NCBI GenBank assembly: GCA_963708025.1
Contig: CAVPSB010000012.1
Location: 192,001 to 256,000, forward strand
Direction of reading: 5' to 3'
From: an uncultured Candidatus Rokubacteria bacterium
Lineage (GTDB): Bacteria; Methylomirabilota; Methylomirabilia; Rokubacteriales; DASRDR01
Length of the DNA: 64,000 bases
Shown piece after piece: positions 11,737-21,267 of this stretch; the first letter of the stretch is position 1; every line of letters starts with the position of its first letter. The notes beneath the pieces were generated by a model, which did no database searches, had not been told where the DNA came from, and saw only the letters and a list, made by a program, of their open reading frames with translations. Position numbers and translations under genes: made by a program.

Positions 11737-12246
11737 CTAAAGATCGATCGAAGGGCTCCCGGTCCAGGCCTGCGCCGCCGCCTGGATGGCTCGGACGATG
11801 TGCTCGTAGCCGGTGCAGCGGCAGAGGTGACCGGCCAGCATCTCGCGGATCTCGGCCTCCGACGGGGTCCGGTTCTCCTCGAGGAAGGCGTAGGCGCCGA
11901 GCAGGATGCCCGGCGTGCAGAAGCCGCACTGAAGCCCGTGATTAGCCCAGAAGGCCTCCTGGAGCGGGTGGAGCCCGCCGCCGGCCGGGGCCAGGCCCTC
12001 GACCGTGAGGATCTCCGAGCCATCGACCTGCGCCGCCAGGACGAGGCAGCTCCGGACCGGCGCCCCGTCGAGGAGCACCGTGCAGGCGCCGCAGACGCCG
12101 TGCTCGCAGCCGACGTGGGTGCCGGTGAGGGCGAGGTCCTCGCGGAGGAAGTCGGCCAGGCTCCGCCGCGCCTCCACCGTCCGCTCGTGCGCCCGGCCGT
12201 TCACCCGGACCCCGACGGCGCGCGCCTCCGTCGCCAGGCGGCTCAC
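11737..12246 (-). CDS. (2Fe-2S) small subunit, CoxS/XDH family
   Basis: [30 protein letters not shown] overlap with the upstream gene. Confidence 0.92.
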   Translation of the reverse strand: MSRLATEARAVGVRVNGRAHERTVEARRSLADFLREDLALTGTHVGCEHGVCGACTVLLDGAPVRSCLVLAAQVDGSEILTVEGLAPAGGGLHPLQEAFWANHGLQCGFCTPGILLGAYAFLEENRTPSEAEIREMLAGHLCRCTGYEHIVRAIQAAAQAWTGSPSIDL

Positions 12247-13112
12247 GCTCCCCATCGCGTGACGGCCAGCGCGAGCGCCCGTCGCGTCAGCACCCCGGCG
12301 ACCTGACGGCGGTACTCCGCCGACGCGTGGAGATCCGCGTCGGGGCGGAGGGTCTCACTCACCAGGTCGGCAGCGCGCCGGAGGCGCTCCGCCGTCGGCG
12401 CCTGCCCCGCCAGCTCGCGCTCGGCGGCGCTCGCCCGGATGGGCGTCGACCCCACGCCGAACAGGCTGATCCGCGCCTCGCGCACAGTCCGGTCGGGCCC
12501 CGGCTCGACGACGACCGCCACGCCGGCCAGGGCGAAGTCGCCGTGGCGGCGGGCGATCTCCAGGAACGCCCAGCCGGCCGCGGGGGAGGGGAGGCGAAGG
12601 CGCACCTCGGTGAGCACCTCGTCGCCACGGAGCGCGGTCGTCATCAGGTCCTGGAAGAACTTCGCCCCGTCGATCGACCGATCGCCCCCGCGGCCCCGGG
12701 CCACGACCTCGCCTCCCAGCCCGACGAGAATCGCCGGCAGCTCCGCCGCGGGATCGGCGTGGGCGAGGCTGCCCCCGATGGTGCCGCGGTGCCGGATCGG
12801 CGGGTGGCCGACGAAGCCGAGGGCCTCGGCCAGGAGCGGGCACCGCGCCCGCACCGCGGCGTCCTTCTCCAGGCGTCGCTGGCGGGTCATGGCGCCGACG
12901 CGGAGGACGTCGCCGTCGAGGGTGACGCCGTCGAGCCCGGCCACCCGGTTGAGGTCGATGACGACCGCGGGGCGCACCAGGCGGAGGTTGAGGAGCGGGA
13001 CCAGGCTCTGGCCCCCGGCGAGGAGCCGGGCCTCGTCGCCGTGCTCGGCCAGGAGCGCCACCGCCTCGTCCACCGACCGGGGGTCGGCGTAGGCGAACCG
13101 GACCGGCTTCAT
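12243..13112 (-). CDS. FAD-binding medium subunit, CoxM/XDH family
   Basis: MKPVRFAY..LAGGQSLVP..IRHRGTIGGSLAHADPAAE..RHGDFA. Confidence 0.92.
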   Translation of the reverse strand: MKPVRFAYADPRSVDEAVALLAEHGDEARLLAGGQSLVPLLNLRLVRPAVVIDLNRVAGLDGVTLDGDVLRVGAMTRQRRLEKDAAVRARCPLLAEALGFVGHPPIRHRGTIGGSLAHADPAAELPAILVGLGGEVVARGRGGDRSIDGAKFFQDLMTTALRGDEVLTEVRLRLPSPAAGWAFLEIARRHGDFALAGVAVVVEPGPDRTVREARISLFGVGSTPIRASAAERELAGQAPTAERLRRAADLVSETLRPDADLHASAEYRRQVAGVLTRRALALAVTRWGA

Positions 13113-15463
13113 CGGGGTCGCGCCCCGCCGTCGCGGATCAGCGCGAGGACCCGCGACGGGTGGAGGGGGGTCGTCGTGACGCGCGCGCCGAACGGCGCCA
13201 GCGCGTCCTCGACGGCGTTGGCGATGGCCGCCGGCGCCCCGATGGCGCCGCCCTCGCCGAGACCCTTGATCCCCAGCGGGTTGCGCGGCGAGGGGTACTC
13301 GAGGCGCACCGTGGTGACCGACGGGACCTCCATCGCGGTCGGGAGGAGATAGTCCATGAGCGTCCCGGTGACGAGCTGACCCTGCGCGTCGTAGACCATC
13401 TCCTCGAGGAGCGCTCCGCCGAGGCCCTGGGCGACGCCGCCTCGGATCTGGCCCTCCACCACCAGCGGGTTGATCACGCGCCCGCAGTCGTGAGCCACCA
13501 CGTAGCGGAGCAGCCGCACGGCGCCGGTCTCGGGGTTGACCTCCACCACCGCCGCGTGCACCGCGCTCGCCCACGTCTGGCCCGGCACGTGGTGGTAGGC
13601 GGCGGCCTCGAAATCCGGCGTCCCGTGTCCCGGCCCGGCGAGGGTGGGGAGCGCCGACGTGACGACGCGGGAGAGCGTCACCGCGGAGCCGGGGACCCCG
13701 CGCACGAAGACGCGCCCGTCCTCGACTTCGAGGTCCTCGGCCTTCGCTTCCAGCAGCCGCGCGGCGACGCCCAGCAGCTTCTCGCGGACCTGCCCGGCCG
13801 CGGCCGCGATCGCGTTGCCCGCGGTGACGGCGCTCCGGCTGGCGAAGGTCCCGATCCCGAAGGGAACCTGCCCGGTGTCGCCGCCGGTCACCGTGACCGA
13901 CGCCAGCGGGACGCCCAGGGTGTCGGCGGCGATCTGGGCGAAGGTCGTCTCGTGCGCCTGGCCCTGCGAGCAGGCGCCGGTCGCCACGACGACGCCGCCC
14001 GACGCGTCGAGACGGACGACAGCGCCCTCGTACGGCCCGACGCCCGTGCCCTCCACGTAGGCGCCGAGGCCGACGCCCCGGTAGACGCCGTCGTGGCGGA
14101 GCCGCGCCTGCTCCGCCCGGACGGCGTCGTAGTCGACCGCCTCCAGCGCCCGGGCGAGCATCGCGGGGAAGTCGCCCGAGTCGTAGACGAGCGGGGAGGC
14201 GTCCCGGTCGAGCAGCCCGGCGTCGTACGGCATCTCACCGGCCGGGATCAGGTTCCGGCGGCGGACCTCGGCGGGGTCCAGGTGGAGCTCGCGCGCCACG
14301 CGATCGATTGCCCGCTCCATGACGAACGCGGCCTCCGGGCGGCCCGCCCCCCGGAACGGGGAGTTGGGCGTCTTGTTGGTGACCACCGCGTCGGCCGTGA
14401 ACGCGAAGTTCGGGATCCGGTACGGGCCGCGGAGGTGGGAGACCGTGATGTAGAGGAGCTCGATGCCCCACGGGTTGTAGGCGCCCTGGTCGAGCAGGAC
14501 GCGGTCCCGCAGCCCGAGGATCGTCCCGTCGCGCCGGGCGGCGATCTCGAGGTCGTGCACCTGGTCCCGCGCGTGGGCGGCCGCCTGCATGTGCTCGCGC
14601 CGGTCCTCGATCCACTTCAGCGGCCGGCCCAGCCGCGCGGCGAGGAGCGGCACCAGGACGTCCTCGGGGTAGAGGAGGGCCTTGGTGCCGAAGCCGCCGC
14701 CGACGTCGGGGATCGTCACCCGTACGCGATGGGCGGGGAGGCCGAGCACGGCGGCCAGGGCCGCCTGGACGAAGTGTGGGATCTGGTGCGACGTCCAGAC
14801 CGTGAGGGAGCCGGCCGGTCCGTTCGGGTCGGCCACGATCCCGCGCGGCTCCAGCGGCATCCCGACGTGACGTTGGATGCGGAACCGCTCGCGGACGACG
14901 ACGTCGGCCGTGCCGAAAGCGCCGTCCGGGTCGCCGATCGAGTGGGCGAAGTGGACCGCCACGTTGTCGTCCCACTCCGGGTGGACTCGAGGCGCCTCCG
15001 CCGTTAGCGCGGCCTCGGGATCGACGACCGCCGGCAGCGGCGCGTAGTCGGCCTCGATCAGGTCGAGGGCGTCCTCGGCCAGGGCGCGGCTGTCGGCGAC
15101 CACCGCCGCCACCGGCTCCCCTACGTAGCGGACCCGGTCCCGGCAGAGGAGGTCGGGGGTGGCGTGCCTGACCGTGAAGGCGATCCGGGAGGTCAGCCGG
15201 GGCGGCGCGATCTCGGCGTCGAGCGGGGGCACCCGGGCGCGCTCGCCGAGATCGGCGTGCGTGAGGACGGCCAGGACGCCGGGAAGCCGGCCGGCCGCCT
15301 CGGTGTCGAGGCGGCGGATCCGGGCGTGGGCGTGAGGGCTGCGCAGGAGGGCCACGTGCGCCATGCCGCCGAGCGCGATGTCGTTGACGTAGCGTCCCCG
15401 GCCGGTCAGGAGCCGGGGATCCTCCCGGCGCCGGACGGCGGCCCCGAAGTATCGCGCGCCCAC
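13109..15463 (-). CDS. Molybdopterin large subunit, XDH/CoxL-like hydroxylase
   Basis: [37 protein letters not shown]; intact 784 aa. Confidence 0.92.
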   Translation of the reverse strand: MGARYFGAAVRRREDPRLLTGRGRYVNDIALGGMAHVALLRSPHAHARIRRLDTEAAGRLPGVLAVLTHADLGERARVPPLDAEIAPPRLTSRIAFTVRHATPDLLCRDRVRYVGEPVAAVVADSRALAEDALDLIEADYAPLPAVVDPEAALTAEAPRVHPEWDDNVAVHFAHSIGDPDGAFGTADVVVRERFRIQRHVGMPLEPRGIVADPNGPAGSLTVWTSHQIPHFVQAALAAVLGLPAHRVRVTIPDVGGGFGTKALLYPEDVLVPLLAARLGRPLKWIEDRREHMQAAAHARDQVHDLEIAARRDGTILGLRDRVLLDQGAYNPWGIELLYITVSHLRGPYRIPNFAFTADAVVTNKTPNSPFRGAGRPEAAFVMERAIDRVARELHLDPAEVRRRNLIPAGEMPYDAGLLDRDASPLVYDSGDFPAMLARALEAVDYDAVRAEQARLRHDGVYRGVGLGAYVEGTGVGPYEGAVVRLDASGGVVVATGACSQGQAHETTFAQIAADTLGVPLASVTVTGGDTGQVPFGIGTFASRSAVTAGNAIAAAAGQVREKLLGVAARLLEAKAEDLEVEDGRVFVRGVPGSAVTLSRVVTSALPTLAGPGHGTPDFEAAAYHHVPGQTWASAVHAAVVEVNPETGAVRLLRYVVAHDCGRVINPLVVEGQIRGGVAQGLGGALLEEMVYDAQGQLVTGTLMDYLLPTAMEVPSVTTVRLEYPSPRNPLGIKGLGEGGAIGAPAAIANAVEDALAPFGARVTTTPLHPSRVLALIRDGGARPR

Positions 15464-15479
15464 GAGGGTCAGCTGGCGT

Positions 15480-15605
15480 GCGCCGTGGCCGAGACCCGAG
15501 CAGCCCTAGGACGCAGGGAGGAGGCGGGCCGAGGCGTATGCCTCATACGTTGAGGCCCGCCGACGACCGAGGACGACGGGATGCGACGGGTATCGGCCAC
15601 GGCGC
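15480..15605 (-). repeat. Structured palindromic intergenic element, copy A
   Basis: 13-bp terminal inverted repeat GCGCCGTGGCCGA with nested hairpins; homologous to 63419-63542. Confidence 0.8.
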
Positions 15606-16706
15606 TCAGACGTGGGCGAGGACGGCCACCACGCCGCCGCCCGGCGGGCCCTGGTGCTCGGCCCCGGCCGAGACGTAGCACATCGGATCGCCGGTCACCG
15701 AGGCCACGACGGCGTTGACGGCGCCCCGGATGTGGCGCGTGTAGCCCACGTCGGAGTCCTCGAACATGACGTGGCGGCGTCCCCGCGTCGCCCCCGAGCC
15801 GTCGGGCTCGCACTTCACGAAGACGTTGACGAGCCGGGCCCGGTCGCCCTCGGCCAGCTCGCAGTCGACCCCCAGCCCGGCCTGGCGCAGCGCCTGGCGG
15901 ACGGCCGGCGCGTCCAGCGCGTCCCGCATGACCGTGTGGGTGATCACCAGGTCGCTGGTCGACCGCGGGGAGTTGCCCATGACGATGATCTCGCAGTTCA
16001 TCAGCTCGATCCCCGAGGACGTGGAGGCGACGTCCGAGGCGAGGCCGAAGTCGGCGAGAATGGCGGCCGCGCCCAGCCGGCCCGCTGGTACCTCGCCGGT
16101 GGCCAGCCCGATCCCCAGCGCGGCGGCCGCCCGCCCGTACGCCATCGACTTCCCGGTGTCGGTCGTGACGACCTCCCGCCGGCGCCCTCGCGCCGCGGCG
16201 ATCCGCTCGGTCGTCAGCGCCCCGGTCTTGATCTGGACGAAGTGGATGTCCTCGGCCGCCTCGATCCCGGCGTCCTTGATCGCCGCCCGCACGCCCTCGG
16301 CCGCCACCTCGGCGTGGGTGAGCGTGCCGAACTCCTCGGGGAGGAGGTCGCGGGTGTAGCCGGTGCCCACGGTGAAGCGCTTCTGGCCGGACGGCGTCGC
16401 CCGGTCGGCCTCGCGGACGAAGATCGTGGCGTGCGGGCTCATGAGGCCCTCGGTGCCGCCCGACCAGATGATCGGCACCCGCTTGGCGATCTTCTCCACG
16501 GGGGCGCCGGATCGCTGGGAGAGGAGGAGCTGGAAGCAGAGGGTCGCCAGGCCCCGCGTGTAGTCGTTCACCCCGCCGTTCCCCTCGGTCTTCCCGAGGA
16601 TGGCGACGACGTCCTCGGCCCGGAAGGCCTTCTGGTCCAGGAGCCGGGCCGCCTCCGAGACGTCCTCCGGGCTCCGCATCCCCACCTTGAACGCGCTGGT
16701 CTTCAT
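15606..16706 (-). CDS. Ring-opening amidohydrolase of the barbiturase/cyanuric acid hydrolase (AtzD) family
   Basis: GKTEGNGGVNDYTR, WSGGTEG..SPH, HFVQIK, STSSGIEL, YVSAGAEHQGPPGGG. Confidence 0.92.
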   Translation of the reverse strand: MKTSAFKVGMRSPEDVSEAARLLDQKAFRAEDVVAILGKTEGNGGVNDYTRGLATLCFQLLLSQRSGAPVEKIAKRVPIIWSGGTEGLMSPHATIFVREADRATPSGQKRFTVGTGYTRDLLPEEFGTLTHAEVAAEGVRAAIKDAGIEAAEDIHFVQIKTGALTTERIAAARGRRREVVTTDTGKSMAYGRAAAALGIGLATGEVPAGRLGAAAILADFGLASDVASTSSGIELMNCEIIVMGNSPRSTSDLVITHTVMRDALDAPAVRQALRQAGLGVDCELAEGDRARLVNVFVKCEPDGSGATRGRRHVMFEDSDVGYTRHIRGAVNAVVASVTGDPMCYVSAGAEHQGPPGGGVVAVLAHV

Positions 16707-16794
16707 GCCGGTCCTCCTATGCGGCCAGCTTCACTCTCGTGCAACGGGAGCTCTTCTGGTACGGGCGTGCACCGGCGACGCCAGCCTCACCCAT

Positions 16795-17217
16795 CTAGGG
16801 AGCGGCCGGGTCCAGCGGCAAGAGGCCGGCCCTCACGAGCCCGCTGTCCAGGATCGTCCGCAGGTCGCGATCGCGCGCCAGCACGCGGCAGTCGTTCTCC
16901 TCGGCGATGGCGGCAATCACGCAGTCTATGGTCGAGCGCACCGTTCGTCCCCTCTGGCGCAGCGACCTGTAGACCTGAGCGGCCCGGAAGTAGAGGTCGA
17001 TGCCGGAAGGCTCGAGAAAGGTGAGTTGCGCGAACAGGGCACTGATCTCGTTCCGACCCTTCTCGCGACGCAGACCCTGGAATACCTCGGCCACGACGAT
17101 CCCACACGTGCAGAGATCATCCTCGCCTTGAATGAGCCTCACCAGGGCCGACCGTTCCGGAGAGGCATGACCATTCAGGAAATCAACCCACACCGACGTG
17201 TCGACCAGGACTCTCAC
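16795..17217 (-). CDS. vapC: VapC PIN-domain toxin
   Basis: VLVDTSVWVDFL, AEVFQG, STIDCVIAA, DRD. Confidence 0.92.
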   Translation of the reverse strand: MRVLVDTSVWVDFLNGHASPERSALVRLIQGEDDLCTCGIVVAEVFQGLRREKGRNEISALFAQLTFLEPSGIDLYFRAAQVYRSLRQRGRTVRSTIDCVIAAIAEENDCRVLARDRDLRTILDSGLVRAGLLPLDPAAP

Positions 17218-17420
17218 CGTCGTTTCGGGTCCCGCTTCCTGAGATCGTCCAGGTTACCCTCCCATCGAATCCGACCCGCGAACTTGAGCAGTCCCCGCAG
17301 CCTTCGGCGGCGCGCATATTCCCGGAGCGCCTCGTTGATCACGTCGGTCTTCGTCTTGCCCCGGGCATGCCGCATGGCGCCCGCAAGGGCCTTGTGATCC
17401 AGGTTGAGCGTGGTTCGCAT
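17214..17420 (-). CDS. vapB: VapB antitoxin
   Basis: MRTTLNLD..TKTDVINEALRE..WEGNLDDLR; overlaps the vapC start. Confidence 0.88.
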   Translation of the reverse strand: MRTTLNLDHKALAGAMRHARGKTKTDVINEALREYARRRRLRGLLKFAGRIRWEGNLDDLRKRDPKRR

Positions 17421-17427
17421 GTCTGCC

Positions 17428-17467
17428 TCTGCATGCAGATCATAGTCCGACGGGAGGTGGATGACAA
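17428..17467 (-). promoter_or_regulatory. vapBC promoter and operator
   Basis: TTGTCA-17 nt-TATGAT followed by the palindrome TCTGCATGCAGA. Confidence 0.6.
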
Positions 17468-17508
17468 GGCAGAGCCCATCTGTCGTCGCGGCCTTACGTC
17501 GGATGGCT

Positions 17509-18777
17509 TCAGGCTCGGGTGCCGCGATGGAGGCGCTGCTCGGTCAGGGTCTCGGCGACGACGCGGCCCCGGCGGACCACGAGGCGCCGGGGCGCCTGGA
17601 GGCGGATCGCCTCGGCCGGCGTGGAGGCGTCCAGCAGCATGAAGTCCGCCCGGTGGCCCGTCTCCACCGCGTAGTCGGGAATCCGGAGCACCCGCGCCGC
17701 GTGGGTCGTCCCCATGGCGAAGACCGTCTCGACCTCGGGGGGGAGGCTCAGGTGGGCGGCGTGGGCGGTTATGAGCGCGACCTCCAGCATGTCGGCCCGC
17801 CCGAACGGGTAGAACGTGTCCTTCACGCAGTCCTGCCCCATCGCCACGTTGACGCCGGCTGCCAGCAGCTCCTTGACGCGCGTGACGCCCCGGCGGACCG
17901 GCTGGCGGTCCAGGCGGCCCTGCAGCATCAGGTTGGTGGCCGGGTTGGTGATCATGTGGACGCCGGCCCGCGCCAGCTTGTCGATGACGGCGCGCGCGTA
18001 GTCGTCCGGGTAGGCGGCGAGCGCGCAGGTGTGGCCGGCGGTCACCCGGCCCTGATAGCCGTTGGCGAGGGTGAGGTCGGCGACGATCTCGAGCGTCCGG
18101 GACGCCGGGTCGTCGGTCTCGTCCACGTGCATGTCGATGTCGCGACCGTGGCGCATCGCGATCTCGAAGCAGATCTCGACGTGGCGGCGGCTGTCGGCGG
18201 GCGACGCCTCGTTGTGCGGCATGCCGCCGACCAGGTCGGCGCCGGCCTCGACGGCCTGCGCGAGCAGGTCGGCCGTCCCGGGGTCCCGGACCACCCCCTC
18301 CTGGGGGAACGCGACGATCTCGACGTCCACCAGGTCGCGGTAGCGCTCGCGGGCCGCCGCCACCCCTTCCAGGGGACGGAGCTTCCCGATCGTGTCCACG
18401 TCCACGTGGGTCCGGATGCGCGTCGTCCCGGTGATCACGGCCGACTCGATGACCTGGCCGGCCCGGCGGACGATCTCGTCCACCGTGTACGCCGCCTTCC
18501 GCTCCCACAGGATCGCGATCGCCTCGCCGAGGGTGCCCGATCGGTTGGGGCGCACGTCCTCGGCCACCAGCACCTTGTCGAGGTGGATGTGGGGGTCGAC
18601 GAAGGCCGGGGCCAGAAGCCGGCCACCCGCCTCGACCTCGCGGGCGCCCCGCGCCGCGACCGCCGGCGCGATCTCCGCGTACCGGCCGCCGGCGACCGCC
18701 ACGTCCCACCGGCCATCCCGGCCCCACAGGCGGGCCTGTCGGATCACGAGGTCGAGGGACGGCTCGGCGGCGCTCAT
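17509..18777 (-). CDS. Cytosine deaminase-like metallo-amidohydrolase
   Basis: DPHIHLDK, RTHVD, VAFPQEG, DMHVDE, TAGH, GQD motifs. Confidence 0.88.
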   Translation of the reverse strand: MSAAEPSLDLVIRQARLWGRDGRWDVAVAGGRYAEIAPAVAARGAREVEAGGRLLAPAFVDPHIHLDKVLVAEDVRPNRSGTLGEAIAILWERKAAYTVDEIVRRAGQVIESAVITGTTRIRTHVDVDTIGKLRPLEGVAAARERYRDLVDVEIVAFPQEGVVRDPGTADLLAQAVEAGADLVGGMPHNEASPADSRRHVEICFEIAMRHGRDIDMHVDETDDPASRTLEIVADLTLANGYQGRVTAGHTCALAAYPDDYARAVIDKLARAGVHMITNPATNLMLQGRLDRQPVRRGVTRVKELLAAGVNVAMGQDCVKDTFYPFGRADMLEVALITAHAAHLSLPPEVETVFAMGTTHAARVLRIPDYAVETGHRADFMLLDASTPAEAIRLQAPRRLVVRRGRVVAETLTEQRLHRGTRA

Positions 18778-18902
18778 CCGTTACTCCTCGGCTCAGGAGC
18801 GACGCGACGGTCGATCATGGCGTGGATCATCCGACTGTATACCAGGATGAGGAAGAGTGGTGGGCGCCGCGCGCGCGGTCAGGATCCCGCCCGGCGGCCG
18901 AG

Positions 18903-20327
18903 TCAACCGGTGGCCGCCGTGACCGGAACGAACAGGCCTCGGTAGTCGTGGATGGCCTCGTCGAGGATCACGTCGCTCGCGAACACGGGACGGCTGAGCG
19001 CGAGGCCGTCCAGGGAGCGACAGCGGCTCAGCGCGACGTACGTCTGGCCGTGGGCGAAGGCCCCGCGTCCGAGATCGAGGTGGACGCGATCGAAGGTCTG
19101 GCCCTGGCTCTTGTGGATCGTGAGCGCCCAGGCCAGCCGGAGCGGGTATTGCTGGAACGTCCCGATCACGCGCTGGTCGATCCGGTTCTCGCGGCGGTTG
19201 AAGACATACTCGACGTTCTCCCAGGTGTGTGGCTCCACCTCGTGCGAGAGACCGTCGATGGCGACGCGAAGCCCGGCGGGGCCGACTTCCTCCACCACGC
19301 CGATGCTCCCGTTGACCCATCGACCGTCGAAATCGTTTCGGAGCATCATGATCCGTGCGCCGACCTTCAGCCGGAGGGTCGGGTCGGTCGGGTAGGAGGA
19401 GGGATCGAACCTGCCGGCCACGACGGCCTCCAGGGCGTGCTCGGGACCTCGAAGGCCTCCGAGGAACGCCAGGTTGATCTGGAGCGCCGCCTGGTTCGTG
19501 GGGGTCAGGGTGACGTACTCGTCGAGGTCCTCCTGCCGCTCGAACGCCCGGACCCGGGCGTTCAGCGACTCCAGCACGCCCCGGTCGAGGCGTCGCTCCC
19601 TGACGGCGTTCAGCAGGTCCAGGAAGTGGGCATCGGTCTGCCGGTAGACTTTCTCGAGATCGGCGACGTGAAGCCGTGTCTCCTGGAAGACCGGAGCCTG
19701 GAAGAAGTAGGGACCGCCGTAGCGATCGGTGAAGTACTCGCGGAGCTCCCGCTCTCTCACGATCGGCGGGAGCTGGAAGAGGTCGCCGATCAGAACGACC
19801 TGGACGCCCCCGAACGGACTGCCCGGCCTGCCTCGCGTGAGCCGGAGGGCCGCGTCGATGCCATCCATGACGTCCGCCCGGACCATCGAGACCTCGTCGA
19901 TGACGAGGGTCTCCAGCCGGCGAAGGAGATCGGCGTGTCGGCTTGGGCGCAGACCCCGGGGGTCGATCAGGCGCGGCGGAAACTTGAAGAAGGAATGAAC
20001 GGTCTGGCCACCGACGTTGATGGCCGCCAGGCCGGTTGGCGCGAGGACGACGAGGGGTTTCTTCGTCGTCGCCCGGAAATAGCGAAGCAGCGTCGACTTG
20101 CCGGTGCCGGCCCTCCCGGTGATGAAGAGACTCTGCGGCGTGTGCTCGATCAGGGCGAGCGCGGTTCGGAAGTCGTCGTTGAGCTCGACGTCGCGAGCGT
20201 CGAATCCCGGATCGAGGCCCGCCGGACACGCGCCCGGTGACGCCGGAGGGCCGTCCGGATGCCGGCCCGGCTGGCTGGACCGGCGATCGCCGCGGCCGGT
20301 GTCTCGATCTGGATGGCCGTGAGTCAC
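18903..20327 (-). CDS. Pif1-like SF1B helicase
   Basis: FITGRAGTGKST, APTGLAA..GGQTVHSFF, IDEVSMVRAD, GDLFQLPP, QYPLRLAWALTIHKSQGQT, YVALSR. Confidence 0.92.
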   Translation of the reverse strand: MTHGHPDRDTGRGDRRSSQPGRHPDGPPASPGACPAGLDPGFDARDVELNDDFRTALALIEHTPQSLFITGRAGTGKSTLLRYFRATTKKPLVVLAPTGLAAINVGGQTVHSFFKFPPRLIDPRGLRPSRHADLLRRLETLVIDEVSMVRADVMDGIDAALRLTRGRPGSPFGGVQVVLIGDLFQLPPIVRERELREYFTDRYGGPYFFQAPVFQETRLHVADLEKVYRQTDAHFLDLLNAVRERRLDRGVLESLNARVRAFERQEDLDEYVTLTPTNQAALQINLAFLGGLRGPEHALEAVVAGRFDPSSYPTDPTLRLKVGARIMMLRNDFDGRWVNGSIGVVEEVGPAGLRVAIDGLSHEVEPHTWENVEYVFNRRENRIDQRVIGTFQQYPLRLAWALTIHKSQGQTFDRVHLDLGRGAFAHGQTYVALSRCRSLDGLALSRPVFASDVILDEAIHDYRGLFVPVTAATG

Positions 20328-21265
20328 GCTTCGCCGCGCTTGTAGGGGGTGAGGAGCGACCCGGGGTAGGCGGCGCGGCGGGAGACGCTGACCAGGGCCA
20401 CGATGGTCAGGACGTAGGGCAGGATGAGGAAGAACTGGTAGGGGACCGCCTTGAACCCGACGGCCTGGAGGCGGAGCTGGAGGGCGTCGAGGCCGCCGAA
20501 GAAGAGGGTGCCGCCCAGGCACTTCCAGGGCCGCCAGTTCCCGAAGACGACCAGGGCCAGCGCGATCCAGCCGCGGCCGGCGACCATGCCGAAGAGGAAC
20601 ATGTTGAACTGGGCGAGAGAGAGGAAGGCGCCGCCGAGGGCCATCAGGACGCCGCCCGCGACCAGGCAGAGGTAACGGGTGCGAGCCACGCTCACCCCGG
20701 CCACCTCGGCCGCCTTCGGGTTCTCCCCGACCGTGCGGATCGCGAGCCCCAGCGGCGTCCGGAAGAGCAGCACGGACGTCAGCGGGACGAGCAGGAGCGC
20801 GACCCACACCAGCCCGTACTGCTGGAAGAGGATCGGTCCGATCACGGGGAGCTGGCCGAGCCCGGGGATCGTGAGGACCTCGAACGGCCGGACGGCGGGG
20901 GGGATGCTCGGCGAGCCGATCAGCATCCGGTAGACGTACTGGGAGAGCCCGGTGGCGAGGAGCGTGATGCCGAGCCCGCTGACGTGCTGGCTCACGCCGA
21001 GGGTCACCGCCATGAGCGCCATCAGGAGGCCGAGGCCGGCGCCGGCCGCGGCGGCGGCCAGGAGCCCGAGCCAGAGGCTTCCGGTGTGGTAGGCCGCCAG
21101 GTAGCCGGCCATGGCGCCCATCAGCATCGTGCCCTCGATCCCCAGGTTGAGGACGCCGGCCCGCTCGGTGAGCAGCTCGCCCATGGTGGCGAAGAGGAGC
21201 GGCGTGGCCAGCCGCAGCGTCGCCGCCAGGAGGCCCACCAGGAATGCCCACGAGAGAAAATCCAT
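20324..21265 (-). CDS. Nucleoside/simple-sugar ABC transporter permease
   Basis: ERAGVLNLGIEG, GENPKAAEVAG, GRGWIALALVVFG. Confidence 0.92.
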   Translation of the reverse strand: MDFLSWAFLVGLLAATLRLATPLLFATMGELLTERAGVLNLGIEGTMLMGAMAGYLAAYHTGSLWLGLLAAAAAGAGLGLLMALMAVTLGVSQHVSGLGITLLATGLSQYVYRMLIGSPSIPPAVRPFEVLTIPGLGQLPVIGPILFQQYGLVWVALLLVPLTSVLLFRTPLGLAIRTVGENPKAAEVAGVSVARTRYLCLVAGGVLMALGGAFLSLAQFNMFLFGMVAGRGWIALALVVFGNWRPWKCLGGTLFFGGLDALQLRLQAVGFKAVPYQFFLILPYVLTIVALVSVSRRAAYPGSLLTPYKRGEA

Positions 21266-21267
21266 CG

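Noticed and set aside
13109-15463. Aerobic CO dehydrogenase form I
   Set aside because: The active-site loop is PFRGAGR, not AYxCSFR, and no cox accessory genes are present
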